A DNA stretch of 19,280 bases from Candidatus Zixiibacteriota bacterium (lineage in GTDB: Bacteria > Zixibacteria > MSB-5A5 > CAIYYT01), in contig JBECKX010000197.1 of assembly GCA_040235515.1 (NCBI GenBank), forward strand, positions 1-19,280, given 5' to 3'. This document shows positions 16,169 through 19,280 of the stretch, piece after piece. Positions within the stretch are counted from its first letter, which is position 1. Each line of letters starts with the position of its first letter. The position numbers and the translations under genes were made by a program. Under the pieces are notes generated by a model that searched no databases, was not told the DNA's origin, and worked only from the letters and a program-made list of their open reading frames with translations.

Positions 16169-17740
16169 ATGATGAAACGTTCGATAAAGAGAGTCGTTGA
16201 GGAATCCGATTCCCGCTCTCTCCTTAAACTGCTCGCAGTAGCTTTGTTTGCCATATCAGTGCTGATCGCTGCGACCGGATGTTCTGAAGCTCAGGATGAG
16301 ACATTCACCGCAGCCAGATTTATTCTGCCAGCGGAAGTTCAGCAGACGATGGACTCTGTTAACGCATTCGCGCGTGCTTCGGGCGGAGCAGCCTCGTTTG
16401 AAGAGTACAAGGCCATCTACACCCACTTCATTGAACAGAATCCGAATTCGGTACCGCTGCACATGGACATCCAAACCCTCTACAACAATTTTGGGAAGCG
16501 GATCGACGCTCAGGATGTCTATCGGGAGCTCTATGAAACCTATCCGGACAGTGCGATGTTCATCTATCTTTATGCCCGCACTCAGGTGGGGCCGATCGTT
16601 GACTCCCTTTACCACAAGGCGTTTGTGGCTGATTCCAACTTCTACTGGTCAAACTTCGCGCTGGCGTCGCGAATCTTCTCCTATCCGCCGTACGACACTG
16701 CCAGGGCAATCGAACTCTACAAGCGTTGCATCAAGCTTGATAACGCCTATCCGGCGCCGTTTCAACAGCTAGCGGTGCTGTACAAAGCGAAGGGTGACTA
16801 CGACAAAGCAATGGAGTTTGCGGACCTGTTTGCGACCTCCTCACAGAATCCGCGCACACCGCTTCTGCTGCAGGCCGATATCTGGGAGGCTAAGGGCAAT
16901 GCGGTGGCGGCGCAGCAGCTCCTTGCCGCATACGTTGTCGAAAACCCGGGTGATCTTCAGGCACGACACGCACTGGCAGACCTGTATGAGCGGCAGGACA
17001 GTCTACAGCAGGCAATCGCTGAGATGTACGGCGTGGCGAGAGATTCACGCCTGCGTGCCCTGCCCTTCATGCGGATCGCGGAGCTATACGGTAAAATGGG
17101 GAATGCTGATTCGGCGTTAGGCTATGTCCTGGCAGCCGCCAGAGTCGGTTACGATGATTATTACAGAATCGAAAACGCGGCAGAGTTTGCGCTATTGAAG
17201 GATGACAACCGGTACTCCGATTTGATCGCCTTTTTGAAAGAGCAGTCGGAGAAGCACACCGCGGATCGAATGGCCGGTTTCGCAGACCGCGCCGACTCTA
17301 TCAAGCAAGCGAATCTCTCCAACACGGTCAGTGAGCCGCTTCCGAGTGTGGGTTTGACCACCATCTCCGGCGAATCGATCTCGCTTGAGGCGCTCAGGGG
17401 GAATCCCGCCGTCGTCCTTTTCTGGAGCGCCTGGTCAGATCAGAGCCAGCGTGTGCTTGATCTCTTCCATGATCTGGAGGAACTGCGCCCGGAGGGTGTG
17501 AAGTTCCTGCTGCTCAACATGTGGGATGATGACCCCGAGGAGGCAGAGAAGTACCTGCGTGATCGAGGGTTCGACTATCCCGTGATACCGGTCGATGACT
17601 TCACTGCCGAGAAATTCGGAGTCTTCGGAGTACCCACCATCCTGCTGGCTGATTCCGACGGAGTCGTGCGGTATCGTCTCGAGGGCTATCAGATGGCGCT
17701 CGATCAAATCATCCTGTGGCAACTTGAGGCGCTGAAGTAG
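16169..17740 (+). CDS. Paralogous TPR-TlpA-like lipoprotein lacking the redox cysteines (WSDQS)
   Basis: Lipobox IAATG/C. Collinear with 14335-15909 (FEEYKAIYTHF vs FEDYESVYKHF, SAMFIYLYAR vs SAMYAYLYGR, LDQIILWQ vs LDQILLWQ). Active-site position reads FWSAWSDQS. cis-Pro loop FGVFGVPT retained. Confidence 0.88.
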   Translation: MMKRSIKRVVEESDSRSLLKLLAVALFAISVLIAATGCSEAQDETFTAARFILPAEVQQTMDSVNAFARASGGAASFEEYKAIYTHFIEQNPNSVPLHMDIQTLYNNFGKRIDAQDVYRELYETYPDSAMFIYLYARTQVGPIVDSLYHKAFVADSNFYWSNFALASRIFSYPPYDTARAIELYKRCIKLDNAYPAPFQQLAVLYKAKGDYDKAMEFADLFATSSQNPRTPLLLQADIWEAKGNAVAAQQLLAAYVVENPGDLQARHALADLYERQDSLQQAIAEMYGVARDSRLRALPFMRIAELYGKMGNADSALGYVLAAARVGYDDYYRIENAAEFALLKDDNRYSDLIAFLKEQSEKHTADRMAGFADRADSIKQANLSNTVSEPLPSVGLTTISGESISLEALRGNPAVVLFWSAWSDQSQRVLDLFHDLEELRPEGVKFLLLNMWDDDPEEAEKYLRDRGFDYPVIPVDDFTAEKFGVFGVPTILLADSDGVVRYRLEGYQMALDQIILWQLEALK

Positions 17741-17771
17741 CCGCCGTCTCTTTCAGCGAGCCAGTTGGTGG

Positions 17772-19280
17772 CTAGCGCTCAAATCTGAAGAAATCGATGA
17801 TGCTACCGGCAGTCGTGTCGATTCCGATACCATAGTTGTCGTTGCCGAAGTTGTCGGAGTTGCGCAGTGGCTGATACCAACGTGTATCACCCATTGCGAC
17901 CGTGTCAGCGGCGATCGCATTGCTCTTTGGATCACGGCGCATATACTGATCTGTCCCACCCACATCGACCAGGATCGCATACGATTGTGCATACCAGGTG
18001 AATGGCGTTATCGGCCGTGGGGTGCGATAATCCTCGCGGAACGATGCGTGACCGAAGCCGTCCGTGCCACCGTCAAGCTGGTAGTAGTCATTTCCGCCGA
18101 AGTCAAAGAAGAATGAGTTGGAGCGAATCTGTGCCGTGGCGATCGAGATGATTTTGCCGCTGTAGGAATCATTCCCTTCCCAGTCGACCAGCAACGAATT
18201 GGTGAAATCCCAGCCGAAAGATAACCCCGCCCCGGCTGTTTCGAACAGTTCATGGCGATCATCACCCGTCTCGTCAAACATTGCCCCGATGCAGTAGTGA
18301 GCGCCGGAAGCCTGGGTGAAGTAGCAACTCTTGTAGAGATCATCGCCGTTAACATCATAAAGAATTCCGACACCGAACCAGTATCCGATCCCTTGCGAGA
18401 AGTTGCCTGAATAATATTCATCGTCGCCGTAGCAATCAATCAACGCTCCCAATCCCCCTGCCCAACTATGACCATCCGATCCATCACCGCGTCGACCCGA
18501 TCCGGCCCCCTGCGCGATATTGGCGTTAATCAATTCACCGGAGTGGTAGTCGCCGCGATTGAAGACACTGGCATACGGCTCGGCGGTGTACTTATCGTTG
18601 CCGCGATAATCAACCAGTACCCCGATCCCCCCACCGATGCCACCCATTCCTTGTCCATCACCGGCGAGGTAGTAGGTATCGCGCCCTTCTCGATCAACCA
18701 GCAGGCCGACCCCGAAGTAACCACAGCCCTGGCCCGAAACACTCAGCCGATAGTTATCATCTCCGGCGAAATCAGCGAGCAGCCCGGTGCCGAAGATCCC
18801 AACCGCTTGCGACAATCGATCCGACTCATAGGTGTCGTTGCCACTTGCATCCACGACCGCACCTACTCCACAAAGCCCATAGCCACAGATTCGCAAGGAT
18901 TGCGCGGTACCGTAGTGATCATTCCCCGCCAGGTCAAGGACCGCGCTGATTCCCTGAACTGGTGATGATCCACCACCCGCGCGATAGAGATCGTCCCCGC
19001 CGAAGTCAAGTATCAACAGGTATTCCCCCTCGCTGACGGTGTCACGGCTCGAGGAGTTGAACACTATTTTGCCGAGTGGCGTGGGAATCGAGATACTCTC
19101 CTGCAAACTGAGTTGCAACCCTGCCAGCCGCCTGGCAGATTGATCAAGGGTGGCGGCCACTTTGAAGGAGGCATATACCAACGATTGCCAGTCGATCAGA
19201 GCGGCACAATCATCAAACTGTGGATAGAATTTCTGGCCATCCCCCTGCGTGGCATCCAGATCAGTGATAGAGTAGAGTGC
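17772..19280 (-). CDS. Hypothetical Gly/Asp-rich repeat protein (12 x D-x-x-G-x-D-x-Y), 5' end outside the window
   Basis: The frame stays open from 19280 (ALYSITDLDATQGDG...) through the annotated TTG 19181 to the stop at 17772. Repeats include LDFGGDDLY, LDLAGNDHY, VDASGNDTY, ADFAGDDNY, VDREGRDTY and VDYRGNDKY. Confidence 0.85.
   Translation of the reverse strand, partial: ALYSITDLDATQGDGQKFYPQFDDCAALIDWQSLVYASFKVAATLDQSARRLAGLQLSLQESISIPTPLGKIVFNSSSRDTVSEGEYLLILDFGGDDLYRAGGGSSPVQGISAVLDLAGNDHYGTAQSLRICGYGLCGVGAVVDASGNDTYESDRLSQAVGIFGTGLLADFAGDDNYRLSVSGQGCGYFGVGLLVDREGRDTYYLAGDGQGMGGIGGGIGVLVDYRGNDKYTAEPYASVFNRGDYHSGELINANIAQGAGSGRRGDGSDGHSWAGGLGALIDCYGDDEYYSGNFSQGIGYWFGVGILYDVNGDDLYKSCYFTQASGAHYCIGAMFDETGDDRHELFETAGAGLSFGWDFTNSLLVDWEGNDSYSGKIISIATAQIRSNSFFFDFGGNDYYQLDGGTDGFGHASFREDYRTPRPITPFTWYAQSYAILVDVGGTDQYMRRDPKSNAIAADTVAMGDTRWYQPLRNSDNFGNDNYGIGIDTTAGSIIDFFRFER

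Noticed and set aside
19181..19280. TTG 19181 as the start of the last gene
   Set aside because: The frame is open to the window edge with no RBS near 19181, so the gene is truncated by the window rather than starting here.

Overview
Bacterial chromosomal window, probably from an FCB-group organism. The dockerin-tailed and T9SS/FlgD-tailed secreted proteins resemble those of candidate phylum Zixibacteria, which is an inference. From left to right: (1) a non-coding tandem array of ~290-bp composite palindromic units built from several REP-like families (1-1019, cut by the window edge), followed by more REP-like hairpins and a terminator; (2) a minus-strand housekeeping operon tgt-yajC-def-fmt-rne/rng; (3) a secreted beta-helix protein with a dockerin-like tail; (4) a large S8 subtilase with 4 PKD domains and a T9SS-like C-terminal domain, behind a sigma70 promoter, a candidate operator and a ~290-nt structured leader; (5) a gene-free interval with a near-consensus sigma54 promoter pointing into ~320 nt of periodic GGGG motifs that end at a terminator, a candidate novel sRNA; (6) cysK with a CymR-like Rrf2 regulator ending in ...MYWI; (7) two tandem paralogous TPR-TlpA lipoproteins, one with WCGPC and one with a Cys-less WSDQS site; (8) a 5'-truncated protein with 12 D-x-x-G-x-D-x-Y repeats. 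The best leads are the sigma54 sRNA candidate, the mosaic REP array and the active/pseudo-enzyme TlpA pair. No database searches were run.
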